Of a stretch of DNA of 46,109 nt, positions 11,251 through 22,800 are shown piece after piece. Under the pieces are notes generated by a model. That model had not been told where the DNA came from. It ran no database searches and worked only from the letters and a program-made list of their open reading frames with translations. The translations under genes and the position numbers were made by a program. The stretch comes from Octopus bimaculoides. Lineage: Eukaryota. Where the stretch lies: positions 23,416,938 to 23,463,046 of the forward strand of contig NC_068988.1 in NCBI RefSeq assembly GCF_001194135.2. The letters run 5' to 3'. Positions within the stretch are counted from its first letter, which is position 1. The number at the start of each line of letters is the position of its first letter.

Positions 11251-11773
11251 GCAGGTCAAATGATGATGTTGGGTCATTCTTCTTTTTTTTTCATTGGTTC
11301 ACTGCCTAACATATTATTTGCCTGGCAACCAATAGAACCTGCCACTGCAAGATGCCCTCTCTTTACATTTTAGTAACACATTTACAGCCAGTCAGTATAT
11401 TATCGGGATCATTTCAGCTTGTCCAGTTGAAGAATACAGTTAACTAAATGATGGAGCAACATAACAAGTGATGCAGCATCAATTCCTTCAACTACAAGCA
11501 TCTCAAAAAAAGAAAAAGAAAAGAAAAATTATATAAAAAAAAAATGGAGGGAGGACTTAATTAAATACCTAACCTCATCGGAAAAGGTTTATCCTGCAGA
11601 GAAAATTCAATTAGATTCTTTGGAATGCTGAGCCATTTCTTTTCCTGTTTCCATCAATAGCTTATCACCGGACACTGACATCCCTTCTGATTCATTAATT
11701 GAATGAGAAAATCCCAATCTATCTATCTGTCTACTTATCTAGCTGTGTGTTTTATCTATCACTCTGTGTTACA

Positions 11774-11822
<49 letters not shown>

Positions 11823-12009
11823 CCCTCCCTCTATCTCTCTCACTTTGTCTCTTACTCTGTCTCTCTGTATTTATCTATCTGTTTAGATGTTTATCAATCT
11901 ATCTATCTATATGTATTTGTGTAAATATAGATATGTGAGTGTATAAATGTAATATATATGAAAATGTACATATGTATGTGAATGTATGCGTGTGTATATA
12001 TAAAATATA

Positions 12010-12219
12010 TAAATAAACATATATATATATATGTCTATATATATGTCTATATATATGTCTATATATATATGTATATATATATGTCTATATATATATGTAT
12101 ATATATATATGTCTATATATATATGTCTATATATATATGTATATATATATGTCTATATATATATGTATATATATATGTCTATATATATATATCTGTCTAT
12201 ATATATGTATATATATATG

Positions 12220-12305
<86 letters not shown>
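12010..12305. repeat. Compound (ATATATATGTCT/ATATATATGTAT)n plus (TA)n microsatellite, representative of dozens of TA, TG, CA, ATT, ATC, ACC, TAGA and TC tracts in the window
   Basis: Directly visible; such tracts generate the YI/IY, poly-I/L/Y/N and HT ORFs in the track. Confidence 0.95.
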
Positions 12306-12307
<2 letters not shown>

Positions 12308-15300
12308 ACTATAGACGTATATATATGTATAAATGTATATATTGTGTATGTATTTGTGTACATGTATACATGTGTGCAGCATCACAAGTCCCATACATAA
12401 TGAAGAGCTTCCCACAAGACTACTCTCTCTCCCCCTCTCTCTCTCTCTCATCATGACTCACTATTACAAAGAAAGAAACTGTTCTCAATTACCAATCAAC
12501 TGCAACGTTTAACTGAATTTACTTTCACTTTCCCCTTATACATAATACATACATAAACATAAACACAAATATTCCCGTATGTATGCATACATACATATAT
12601 ACATATATATATATATGTGTGTGTATGAATGTAAGTATTTAACCCTTTCCTATACAATAAGTATTAGCAGAACTGAAAAGTTTAATTCCGATGCAAAAAT
12701 CAATAAGAAATAATGAGATCCAAAACTCGTTTTCATACTGGAAACATCCTCCTTGAATGAATATTCCTGCCAAGAGAGAAATTTTCAGTTAACATTGCTG
12801 ATTATTCAAGCCTCATTGAGCTTAAACTCGGCTGATTGATTTAAGTTAGGATTTAAGAGGGGTTAGGGTGGATTAAGCCTGTAAATAACAAATTTGGGAA
12901 GTTGGCAAGATAAGAGATGTTTTTTTCTATTGGATGGTGTAGCACTTATTTGCATGTTTTTGTATAACAGAGTAGCTGTTGTTATTGCTATTGTTGTTGT
13001 TGGTGGTGGTTGTCATAGTTGTGGCGAGCATCAACAATGTCACTGTCATTGTGTTTAGTCCCAGATCAATCTTGATTGAGCAAGCATGTGATCAAGTTCT
13101 GACCATCCTGTCATTTTAGGAGTGTCTTGGACTACGTTGTCCATAAACTTCTTCCTTGTTCAAGATGCTATCATTTGCTGGGGGGTGTGATTTCTTCTAA
13201 CATTCTCACATTATGTCTTGTGGTAAACAACCTTAGTAAATAAAGTTCAAGGAGCTACTGTTGGTCAAGACTGACCATGCATCTGCATATATGTGAGCAA
13301 CCCTGGCCAAGATCTTATGAAGACTGCTTTTTGGCCATGCCTGCAAGTCTCTTTTGTGCATGCTACTGATGTTTATCCCAGAGAAAGGACCACTAATTTA
13401 GCATTGATACAGTTAAACTTCAGTGCTGTCACATGCATTACTGTAAGAATGCAAAGGGCCAAAACAGATGCCACAAGGCATTTTGCTTAAGCATTTAACA
13501 GTTCTACCAATCCACAAATCTGAATTGGTAAAGATGGTGATACTGATGTACCACTTGTTTCTTAAAAGAATCACAGACTTTTGTAGTCAACTCTTGAACT
13601 TTTTGTTAATTGAAAAGTAAATAGAAGAAACAACACAGAAGCTATACAGATGCTATACAGAGTGTTGGTCTGTGATTGTTTGCTGTCTGTGATTTAGGAT
13701 ACCATATATTCCAGCATACAAAAATCAATATAGCATATAACATAAGCATGTAATGTAAGCATTCAAACATTGTCCCTATTTCCAAATCCTGTTGCATTTC
13801 ACACAGAATTTGGGGTCCTTTAAAGTTCTCTTGATGCATAAGTTAGCCTGACTTTTCTTTTGGTGTAAATTTTGGTCTAAAACATTCAACTTGTAAGCTG
13901 GAAGACATGCTTATTATCAGTGACCAATTCCTGCTATCATTACCTTTAAGCGTCCATCATTTATACATTAATTCCCAGATACTTTCAATTTCACTCTATG
14001 CAGTTTCATCTACAAAATGGGCCAATAAGAAAGGGGTTCCGCTAATACACTGATTCAGAGTGTGGATGTTGGGGTCTGGAGAGACAAGGAGGGGCCCATG
14101 ACCTCCACTTAAAAACAAAAGAACAGTCATATTAAATTTTGAGAGGATGATTCAGTCCCCCTGCTCAGGTCCAAAAATGCAGTTTCATTCTGTCTTGTTG
14201 AATTTCTGTTGAACAGAAGTATAACAAGAATGTGTGCCACCTCAGTGTAGCCCTTGGCTTTGTGGCCTTTTCAACCTCCACTAGGCCCCAAAGTCTATAC
14301 CTGTTTACACAACAGACCCAAAAGTGCCATCACCTGGAGTGAACTGCTCCTCCTTAGTCCTTTCTGCATTAATGACATCAATTTCATTGATCTGAGAGAG
14401 AGAGAGCTAATGAAGGCCAGGGTTATGTCCACAAAACGTAGATCTCCATCAGACTATGATTGAAGAAAGCTTTTACATGGTTGACTGGTGAGCAAGGTTG
14501 GCAGATTTTGTAGGGCATCGGATAGAATTCATGTTGGTATTTGTTCCTATTTTCTGCATCCCGAGTTCAAATCCTACCCTAATCAACTCTGTTTTCATAG
14601 TGGTTGAGGGGTACACTTTCAACTCCTGCAGCTGCTTGTTTTTCTCTTGTTTGGGGATAGACCCATTTGGCGGGGATAGATCTAATTTGGGGATAGACTC
14701 CATTGACTTCCTGGTTTAATACTTGGCACCCTGGGTGCCCTTCAGAAGCAGGGACCACTTTATTGCAAATAGTCAGGCCAGGTCTCTGATTTAAAAATAT
14801 CCCCACCTCCACAATAGCGTAAGAGATGAAAGACAAAAAATAAAGATCGTTCTGCATCATCGCACAAAGTGGCCACATCATCTGGATGAAATCATGAGGA
14901 AATAACAGAACACACACACGCATACACTAATACACATATACTCACACACTCACGCATTCATATGCACACTCATACACATACTCATACACATACTCGTACA
15001 CACGTACACCCCTACAGCCTCACACACTCGTACAAAGCAACAATGCCACCCCAACAATGCTTGCATGGAAAAGAAAAGCACAAAACAATGAGACAAAAAT
15101 TCTTCAAATGCTTTGACAAATTTGGAAACTTATGAGGTCACCAGTATCTCTTGGGAATTATTAATGTCATCACTGTGATATTTTGATAGATTTTGTTTGT
15201 TCTTTTTTTTTTTTGATGTTTTTGGAGGGGTTTTTTTTTCCTCCCCACAACCACAAAAGGTTATTCATCTTAACACCAACCTTCACTCTGTGACTGGCTA

Positions 15301-15469
15301 ACATTTGAGATCTGAGACAACGTGCTGTTTACAACTAAGAGTGTCAGTTGACAGAGCCATCTCTTTGTGGTTTTTCTGTGTGTGTGAGGGGTTTATTGAT
15401 GTGTGTGTGTACTAATGGGTGTGTGCTGGCAAATGCGTATATTCCTGTATACAATATGTATACACATGT

Positions 15470-15690
15470 GCAGCATCAGGTTCACAATCATGAGGTAGTT
15501 AGTTTGATTCTCAGACCGGGCGGTATGTTAGGTTCTTGAGCTTCCAGTTCACTCATCTGTAAAAGTGAGTTGTGACATTACTGGCACCAGTTCACTCATC
15601 TATAAAAATGAGTTGTGATGTCACTGGCACCAGTTCACTCATCTGTAAAAATGAGTTGTGACGTTACTGGCACCAGTTCACGTTACTGGC
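15470..15690 (+). mobile_element. SINE family D copy with internal 43-bp tandem triplication
   Basis: Unit cagttcactcatctgtaaaa.tgagttgtgac.ttactggcac at 15545, 15588 and 15631, partial at 15674. The unit is single-copy in the family D elements at 30176 and 39070. Confidence 0.85.
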
Positions 15691-16145
15691 ATGGGTCGGA
15701 TGGTTTAACTGAAGACTGGTGAGCCAGAAGGCTGCACCAGGCTCACTCTGATCTGCCAAGGTTTTTACATCTGGATGCCCTTCCTAATGCCAACCACTCC
15801 AAGAGTGTAGTGGGTGCTTTTACGTGACACAAGCACGAGAGCCAATCAGGTGGTTCTGGCATTGACCATGCTGAAAAGGTGTTTCTTTTGTTACGTGCTA
15901 CCTGCATGGGAACCAGTCCGGTGGCACTGGCAACGACCATGCTTGAATGTTGTTTTTCACATGCCATGAGCACATGTGTCGATAAGGCAACACTGGCAAT
16001 GATCAGGCTCGAATGGTGCTTTTTATGTGCCACCAGCATAGGAGCCAATCCATGGCCCTGGCAACGATCACGCTCAGATGTGCTTTTACCGTTCCAATGG
16101 CATGAATGCCAATCAGGCGGTACTGTCATTGGCCACGTCAGCGAT
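15690..16145 (-). mobile_element. SINE-like family C, diverged long copy
   Basis: ggatgcccttcctaatgccaaccactccaagagtgtagtgggtgcttttacgtg and the repeated internal modules. Confidence 0.75.
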
Positions 16146-16477
16146 TTTGATACATATATATATATACATACATGTTTATATACACATTTGGATGCCCCAC
16201 ATCCTATCAATAAAGGACCATCACAGAAGGGGGTTGAAACAATCATCATACTGAATAAAGATTAATGCCAAATCCCTATTCCACTTCATTCATCAATTGT
16301 ATTATCTCAACTAACACTATAGAATTCTTGAAGCAGAGCCAGTGGAAATATACCCTGACCATGGATGACATTAGGTAGCCTAAAACTGTGAACATGCTTT
16401 ACTCAGCTCACTAATTGATATATACCCATTAGTTCCTAAATTACATATATATATGTGTGTGTGTGTTTATACGTATA

Positions 16478-16640
16478 TACAAACATATACATACATGTAT
16501 ATAAGCATACATATATGTGTTTATATATATATATATATCCATAACATGCTCACAGATACATATACAAACATATACATACATGTATATAAGCATACATATA
16601 TGTGTTTATATACATATATGCATAACATACTCACAGATAC
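16478..16640. repeat. Tandem duplication of about 85 bp of AC/AT-rich sequence
   Basis: tacaaacatatacatacatgtatataagcatacatatatgtgtttatata starts at 16478 and 16563. Confidence 0.8.
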
Positions 16641-17093
16641 ACACACACACATAAGCATGTATATTTACATATGCATACATTTATGTGCACTTATATATTG
16701 ATTAACAAAGACACACATGTATCTATACATACACACATGCACACAGACAAATATGTATTCACATGTAGGAATGTCAATGCATATAGGTGTCTATATATGC
16801 ATGCCTATATAAGCACAGACCTAAATGGATGTACAATGTAAAACATGGTCATTTGCCTACAAATTATGGTGCAATACTGGAATAAATTTGAGTATGTCAG
16901 AGCACTAAATAAAGGTTTAATTGTATGAAGATGGCAAAGGGTTGTTTGGGAATTTTCAAAGATGAGATGATGGGCAGAGAAACCTAATGCTTTGCTAACT
17001 GAAATAAACATGCCAAATTAGGAAGAATTGCAGCATACATGCATACATACATGCATGCATGCATGTATACATATGTGTATATATGTATACATG

Positions 17094-17162
<69 letters not shown>

Positions 17163-18009
17163 CATATCTATATACATATATATTCACAGGCATATGTATA
17201 GCATATATATACATACATACACATATAGTATATACATATATATTCACTGGCTTATATATATATTATATATCTATATACATAGGTATGTGCATACACACAC
17301 ACTCATATATGCACACACACACATATGCACATACTCATATATATACATACACATACATGTATATGAGCACAGCCACAGACATATATCCATAATACACACA
17401 TATATAATTATATTATATTGGGAAAGAAAAGAAGACAGAGAAAGGGCAGGAGAGATGAGACAGACAGACAGACATAGCAGTATGTTATGGCATCCAATCT
17501 AGTGTACTCTTGACCTTTCCACAGAGACACTAAAATAAGCTATCCTATTTCTAAGTAAAGAATGCAATATCACTTCTACCAATTTCTCTATGAGTTTTCC
17601 AGTATATTTAAAGACCATTTACAGTGCTGACCGCTATTGTGCCATTGTGGTTGGAGAATCTCTTCAATATTCTCTAATTGATCTTCCAAAGTCTTACTCT
17701 TTAAAGAGCTGACTAACACACATGTGCACATGCTCACGTATGCATATATGTCTGTCTGTATATATATGTATATGTATTATGGTACTGTTAAGCATTTGTA
17801 GGATTTTCTTAACGTTTGTTATAAGATTATCTGATAAAAAGAACTCAATGCAGAATATTGGGTAACAATTTCATGTGTGTGCATATCATCATCATCGTTT
17901 AATGTCTGTTTTTCACGCTAGCATGGGTTAGACGGTTCAACTGGGGTCTGGGAATTGAAAAAAGTCTAATGCTTTACCAAATGCCATTCAAATCTCTTAA
18001 AATAAAGCA

Positions 18010-18044
<35 letters not shown>

Positions 18045-18090
18045 TACAGGACATCACCAACAGTAAACAACATGAAATACAAAAACAAAT

Positions 18091-18359
18091 GAGTTAAATA
18101 TGCAAATATCGAGACAAAAAAAAGGCAAGTAATTCAAAGAATGACCCTGTCTCCACTGTTCTGTTTTTGTTCCCTACTTTTAGCCTCCATAAATCCAAAA
18201 TTTTATTTTGGTATTTATGGGAGCAACTGTCTTTGAAGACTCATATTGTCATTGATTGCTCGAACTTGGGAGTAGATAGACAGCCGGAAAACTGATGAAG
18301 GGTCATTGTTTGTATTACTTGTCCCTTTTCTTTTCTCATGTTATTTGCATAGTTAACTC
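18091..18359. repeat. Diverged foldback (about 60-bp inverted arms) in a TA-embedded element
   Basis: 18091-18148 gagttaaatatgcaaata..gcaagtaattcaaagaatgaccct versus the reverse complement of 18299-18359 gagttaactatgcaaata..acaagtaatacaaacaatgaccct. Confidence 0.7.
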
Positions 18360-18415
18360 CCTTCTTGGTACCTGGCTAACGTAAAAGAATAAAAGTATAT
18401 ATATATATATATATA

Positions 18416-18802
18416 TAAAAGATAATAAGAGTGAAAAAACTACAGAAGGCTTGTGTTACTTGGTTAAAGTATATATTTAAATTATGTCAGAAAAATGTTA
18501 GAAAAATGTTAGAAAAATATTATAAAATCTTTTTGGTATATAAGCATTGTATTTTGAGAAATAACCGGTTTCGTGTTGTCTTTTCAAATTTCTCTACTTC
18601 ATTGTGTCGTGTTCGCTCCAGTCTGAGAAAGAAGAGTTCTAGATAGGGGGAGGTAATTAGGGATTTCTTCCGGTATAGTGGAGATAATCGAAATCTAGGA
18701 GGTGGTAGAATTTGATTAATTTACCATGCTTTTATTCTATATTTTTCCCCCCTTTTTTTTCCTCAGTGGGGTGATGAATTTGAATTTCCTTATTTAAATG
18801 TG

Positions 18803-18805
<3 letters not shown>
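18416..18805 (-). mobile_element. TA-microsatellite-embedded repeat carrying a hammerhead motif (Penelope-like or retrozyme-like); second partial copy at about 28640-28788
   Basis: gtgaaaaaactacagaaggcttgtgttac.tggttaaagtatatatttaaattatgtcagaaaaatgttag..cattgtattttgagaaataaccggt is near-identical in both places, and both copies are bounded by (TA)n. Confidence 0.65.
18556..18594 (-). ncRNA. Minimal type-I hammerhead ribozyme variant with U3:A8 core
   Basis: RNA GAGAAAU-UUGAAAA-G(ACAACA)C-GAA-ACCGGU-U-AUUUCUC: perfect 7-bp stem I, palindromic stem III, C3:G8 replaced by U3:A8, stem II reduced to one G-C pair. Confidence 0.6.
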
Positions 18806-18854
<49 letters not shown>

Positions 18855-19790
18855 GTGTGTCTTTGCATCTGTGTTTGTTCCCTTATCACTGCTTGATAAC
18901 CAGTGTTAGTGTGTTTACATCTCCATAACTTAGTGGTTCAGCAAAAGAGATTGTTAGAATACATACTAGGCTCCAAAATCAACAAAATAAAAAATGGCCT
19001 GGGGTCAATTTATTCAACTAAAACCCTTCAAGGCCATCCTCCAGCATGACCACTGTCAAATGACTGAAACAAATGAAAAAAAAACTATAAAAGATCTATG
19101 CATTGGAGAACAACAACAACAGCAACAACAAGAATAATAAAGCAAAATAAATGCATGAATGAAGAATATTCCAGTTTGGCCACCCAAGGAAATCTGTACC
19201 AAATTTATGCCAAGATCTCTCTGTAGATTCCAATACTCTCTAACTTTACCAAAGTTGGATTCTGATTCCAATTCTCCATAGTATGGATTTTCGCTGTTAC
19301 GTTGCTAAAACGCTAATCCAAATTTAATTGCAGACCATAAATGGCAACAGATTTCTTTATGTGCTTGCGCAGGAATTTGGGTTTTAAGGAAACGAGTATG
19401 TTGGAATTTGTAGGAATTATGCTGTGAATAGGGGGAGAATTGGTTGGCTTTTTTTTCTCTCATTTGCAAAGAGGAATATTGTTGCGTCCAAAACAAAACA
19501 AAAAATGAAGAAATGGTAAAATATACAGGGTGGTGGTGGTGGGGGGGGGGATGGTAAGGAGGCGAAGAGAAAAATAAAAGTAAAATAAAGTACAAACAAA
19601 AAGGAAATAAAAAATATATGTAATAATAGATTGTGTAACAACACAAAAACAACTCAGTAAAGATTATCGTGATATTGTAAGTCTGTCTTCAAAACAATAT
19701 AAAAAAACAGAAAGTTGAAAACAAATAAAACCATAATAGATATACATATGTACATACGCACAAACACACATACACATATATATAGGTATG

Positions 19791-19870
<80 letters not shown>

Positions 19871-20342
19871 AATATATATGTGAATGTATATACATACAAA
19901 TAAATGCAATTTAACTTTAATAAAATGAAGCCAGTGATTTTATGCTTCTGTATGTGTTGTGGCAGGGAGCTTTCTGTTATGATTTGGACAAGAAATGAAT
20001 GTGACCCAGGGCAAGGAAATAAGTAAGGCTTAACAATGGAAAGGAAGGGTAACGTCTATATTTATCATCATCATCATCTTGCTTTTTTGGTTTTCCTTTT
20101 TTTTCATTTATTTTTCTATTCCCAACTTAATTAATAAATTTTGAATATCTGCTGTAAGACATTAAACAGATGCTCCGCCATGCATCTGAGCAGTTCTGTT
20201 GTCTGTGAGCATTATTATCAAACGAAGAACAGAAATAAGGCACTCTGCCAAAAATTGCTCTCCATTCATTTTTTTTTTTTTATATGTATATATCCTTTTA
20301 ACCAACATCTGTTTCTGTTAAAGAACATAAGTGCTGTTGTTG

Positions 20343-20381
<39 letters not shown>

Positions 20382-20623
20382 TCTTGTTTGAACCCCGATA
20401 ACTTATAAAAAAAATTATAATCATCGTTATTGCGTTATTTTAAGAAATTTGAATGGCAATTTGGTAAAGCATCAGGCAATATGCCTTTGGGTATTTTAGT
20501 AAAGTCCTTCATCTTCGGAGTTCAAATCTCACCAGAGTTCATTTTTTTTTGTTACATCCTACTCGTGGTTCAAAAGAATAAGTGCCTGTTGAACACCAGG
20601 GCCACTATACTAGAGTGTGTTAC

Positions 20624-20839
20624 AGTAAATACAATCCCATGATGCTCCATTGTAAAAGCAAACCCACGATGCTCTGCTGTAAATGCAGTCCCATCATGCT
20701 TCACTGTAAATACAATCTCATCCTGCTCTACTGCAAATGCAATCCCATAATGCCTGTCTCTATATGTAATCCCATCTTCCTCCTTGATAAATACATTCCC
20801 ATGATGCCCCATTGTAAATACATTCCCATGATGCTTCAG
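20624..20839. repeat. 27-bp minisatellite, 8 diverged units
   Basis: Consensus near tgtaaatacaatcccatgatgctccat; units start at 20624, 20651, 20678, 20705, 20732, 20759, 20786 and 20813. Confidence 0.9.
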
Positions 20840-21577
20840 TAAAAAGCAGCATCATGTGGTCATTTGAGCAGCCAAAATCAGCTGCCAAAGTCTCTGTTAG
20901 ATCTCAACCCACGATCTTAAAAAGGTGAAGGGCCTTTCGGATAATATTTCCTTTTATTTGTTTCAGCCATTAGACCGAGGCCATACTGGGGCACGGCCTT
21001 GAAGGATTTTAAATTGAATGAATTGATGCCAGTACTTATTTTTAAGCGTGGTACTTATTCTATCAGTCACTTTTGTTGAACCACCAAGTTACAGGGATGT
21101 GTGTGTATATGTAAGTACATATGTGTGTATGTATACATAAATGTCGAACAATGAAAATGAGTGTTCAACACTGCATTGGTGGATAGAATTTGTGTATTTG
21201 TGAATTAAGGCTACCATTGGTTTCATGTTAAGAAAAATAGGAAAGTATCTTAATATCCTAACAATTTTTCAAGCTAATCACATGGAGGAACGGTGTTCAT
21301 CGCTATTTTGAATAAACACAAAATCTTATTGGATTCGTGGAAATTAAGTATCTATGTATACGTATGTATATATGTGTGTTTGTATGTGTCTTTGTGTTTG
21401 TTCTTCTCACCACTTGACAACTGTGACTCAGCGATTCAACAAAAGAGACTGATGAAATATATAGCAGTCTTTAAAAAAACAAATTAACTACTGCAGTTGA
21501 TTTTTTTTTGTTGACTGAACTCCTTCAAGGGGATGCCCCAGTATGGCCACAGTAACTGAAACAAGTAAAAGATAAAG

Positions 21578-21730
21578 AATAAAAAGTTTAGAAAGCTATA
21601 ACAATGCACTATAGAACAAAAAATGGACTATATACCTGTTGTAACTTGGTAAACTATAGTCCGATGATATTTCGGAATTAGAATTCCTTCTTCAGATCTT
21701 ATTTGCTGGAGTCTCTGCTATAAACTGTAA
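21578..21730 (-). repeat. About 150-bp hammerhead-bearing repeat, copy 1 (copy 2 at about 22680-22830, same orientation)
   Basis: aataaaaagtt..acaatgcactata..aaaaatggactatatacctgttgtaa..ctatagtccgatgatatttcggaat..aattccttcttcagat is shared; offset about 1.1 kb. Confidence 0.85.
21663..21698 (-). ncRNA. Minimal type-I hammerhead ribozyme motif
   Basis: RNA GAU-CUGAAGA-A-GGAAUU(CU)AAUUCC-GAA-AUAU-C-AUC: canonical core with an extra A after A9, 6-bp stem II, palindromic AUAU stem III, AUC cleavage triplet, 3-bp stem I. Confidence 0.6.
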
Positions 21731-21884
21731 AAGATAAATTTAAAAAACAGACCTTTATACTGTCATTCATATTTTTATTTCTTTTGTTTGTTTTTTGTAT
21801 TGTAATAATAATCCTTTTCGTTTTAGATTCACATTATTCACTGTAACACATCTGTTTAATTTATTTTTATATATGTTTTTTCAG

Positions 21885-21930
21885 GAATAAAGTAATTAGA
21901 TTAAACCTATCGGACATTAACAGTGGTCAT
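21885..21930 (+). CDS. Sema2a: Semaphorin (Sema-2-like) coding exon, 46 nt
   Basis: Acceptor tgttttttcAG at 21884 and donor CAT|GTAAGT at 21931. The only open frame is (g)NKVIRLNLSDINSGH, which continues FVGAM from the 4555 exon as in Sema-2 LYVGAMDRVFRVNLQNI (recalled). Confidence 0.8.
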
Positions 21931-21978
21931 GTAAGTAAATATTTAATTAAATGTTGCTTTTATGTTTGCTGTTTAATT

Positions 21979-22444
21979 GATTGGCATTTGTTAATCACGG
22001 AAGGCTATGGGTCTGTGCTTTCGATTGGATCAGTGTTGCAGTATCGCTTGTGACTGACAAGGCCGATGCATCAGTGACAGTTACAGCTGCAACGGTTGTA
22101 AATGTGGTTGGTCAGCTGGTCGTTTGTTGGTGGTTCAGTCTTCCTGCATCTCCGTCCGTCTGACGTATGTGATCTTCTTCTTCCCTCAGGGCAGTACTCA
22201 GCATCTGTCTCCAGCAGGAATGGTCATTTGCCATGTTCTCCCAGATTTTGGTATTCATACCCATGGCTCTCATGTCACGCTTGCACACATCCTTGAAACA
22301 GGTATGCAGTCATCCGTGCACATGTCTACCAGAGTCTAGCTCCCCCATACAATATATCTTTCACTAACCTCCCATCGAACATCCGGTGCACGTGTGCCAG
22401 CCAGCAGAGACACCATTACCAATGTAGTGTGAGAGTAATTAATA
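21979..22444 (-). mobile_element. RTE-clade LINE, 5'-truncated, with 11-bp target-site duplication
   Basis: Degenerate translation LCWLAHVHRMFDGRLVKDILYG/ELDSGR..CFKDVCKRDMRAMGMNTKIWENMANDHSCWRQML..CSCNCH*CIGLVSHKRYC matches the RTE C-terminus. TSD GCTGTTTAATT at 21968-21978 and 22445-22455. Confidence 0.9.
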
Positions 22445-22765
22445 GCTGTTTAATTAGTGTTTGAATAATTGCAGTGGTTGTGTGGTAAGAGGTTTGCTTT
22501 GCAACTACATAGTTTTGCTTTCAATCCCAGATCATGGTATCTTGTGCAATTATCTTCTACAATTGCTCCAGGCTGACCAAAGTGTTGTTAGTGGATTTAG
22601 TTGATGGAAACTGTTAAAACACCCTTTATATAGAGGAGAGTATTGTAGTTCACTTGAAGCATTGCATATTGTATGTAACGAATAAAAAGTTTTGAATGGT
22701 ACAACAATGCACTATAATACGAAAAATGGACTATATACCTGTTGTAATTTAATTATCTATAGTCC

Positions 22766-22800
22766 GATGATATTTCGGAATACAATTCCTTCTTCAGATA
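22766..22800 (-). ncRNA. Minimal type-I hammerhead ribozyme motif, copy 2
   Basis: RNA UAU-CUGAAGA-A-GGAAU(UGU)AUUCC-GAA-AUAU-C-AUC. Stem II is retained despite a changed loop; stem I is reduced to 2 bp. Confidence 0.55.

Larger units (their letters stand above)
4652..21884 (+). other. GT-AG intron of the semaphorin gene, 17,233 bp
   Basis: Begins gtaagt and ends tgttttttcag. Joining AT+G recreates ATG (Met) and continues the Sema motif GAM-NKVIRLNL in frame. Confidence 0.75.

Noticed and set aside
14579-14923. 114-aa minus-strand ORF
   Set aside because: Overlaps a CA microsatellite and an old family B SINE; no recognisable domain.
15545-15690. CRISPR-like appearance of hairpin-containing direct repeats
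   Set aside because: The units are contiguous with no spacers, the context is eukaryotic, and the unit derives from a SINE.
15705-15735. CUGAAGA-CUGG(UGAG)CCAG in the family C tail (similar at 1572)
   Set aside because: No GAAA after the stem and no stem III; the core-like heptamer is not constant among family C copies.
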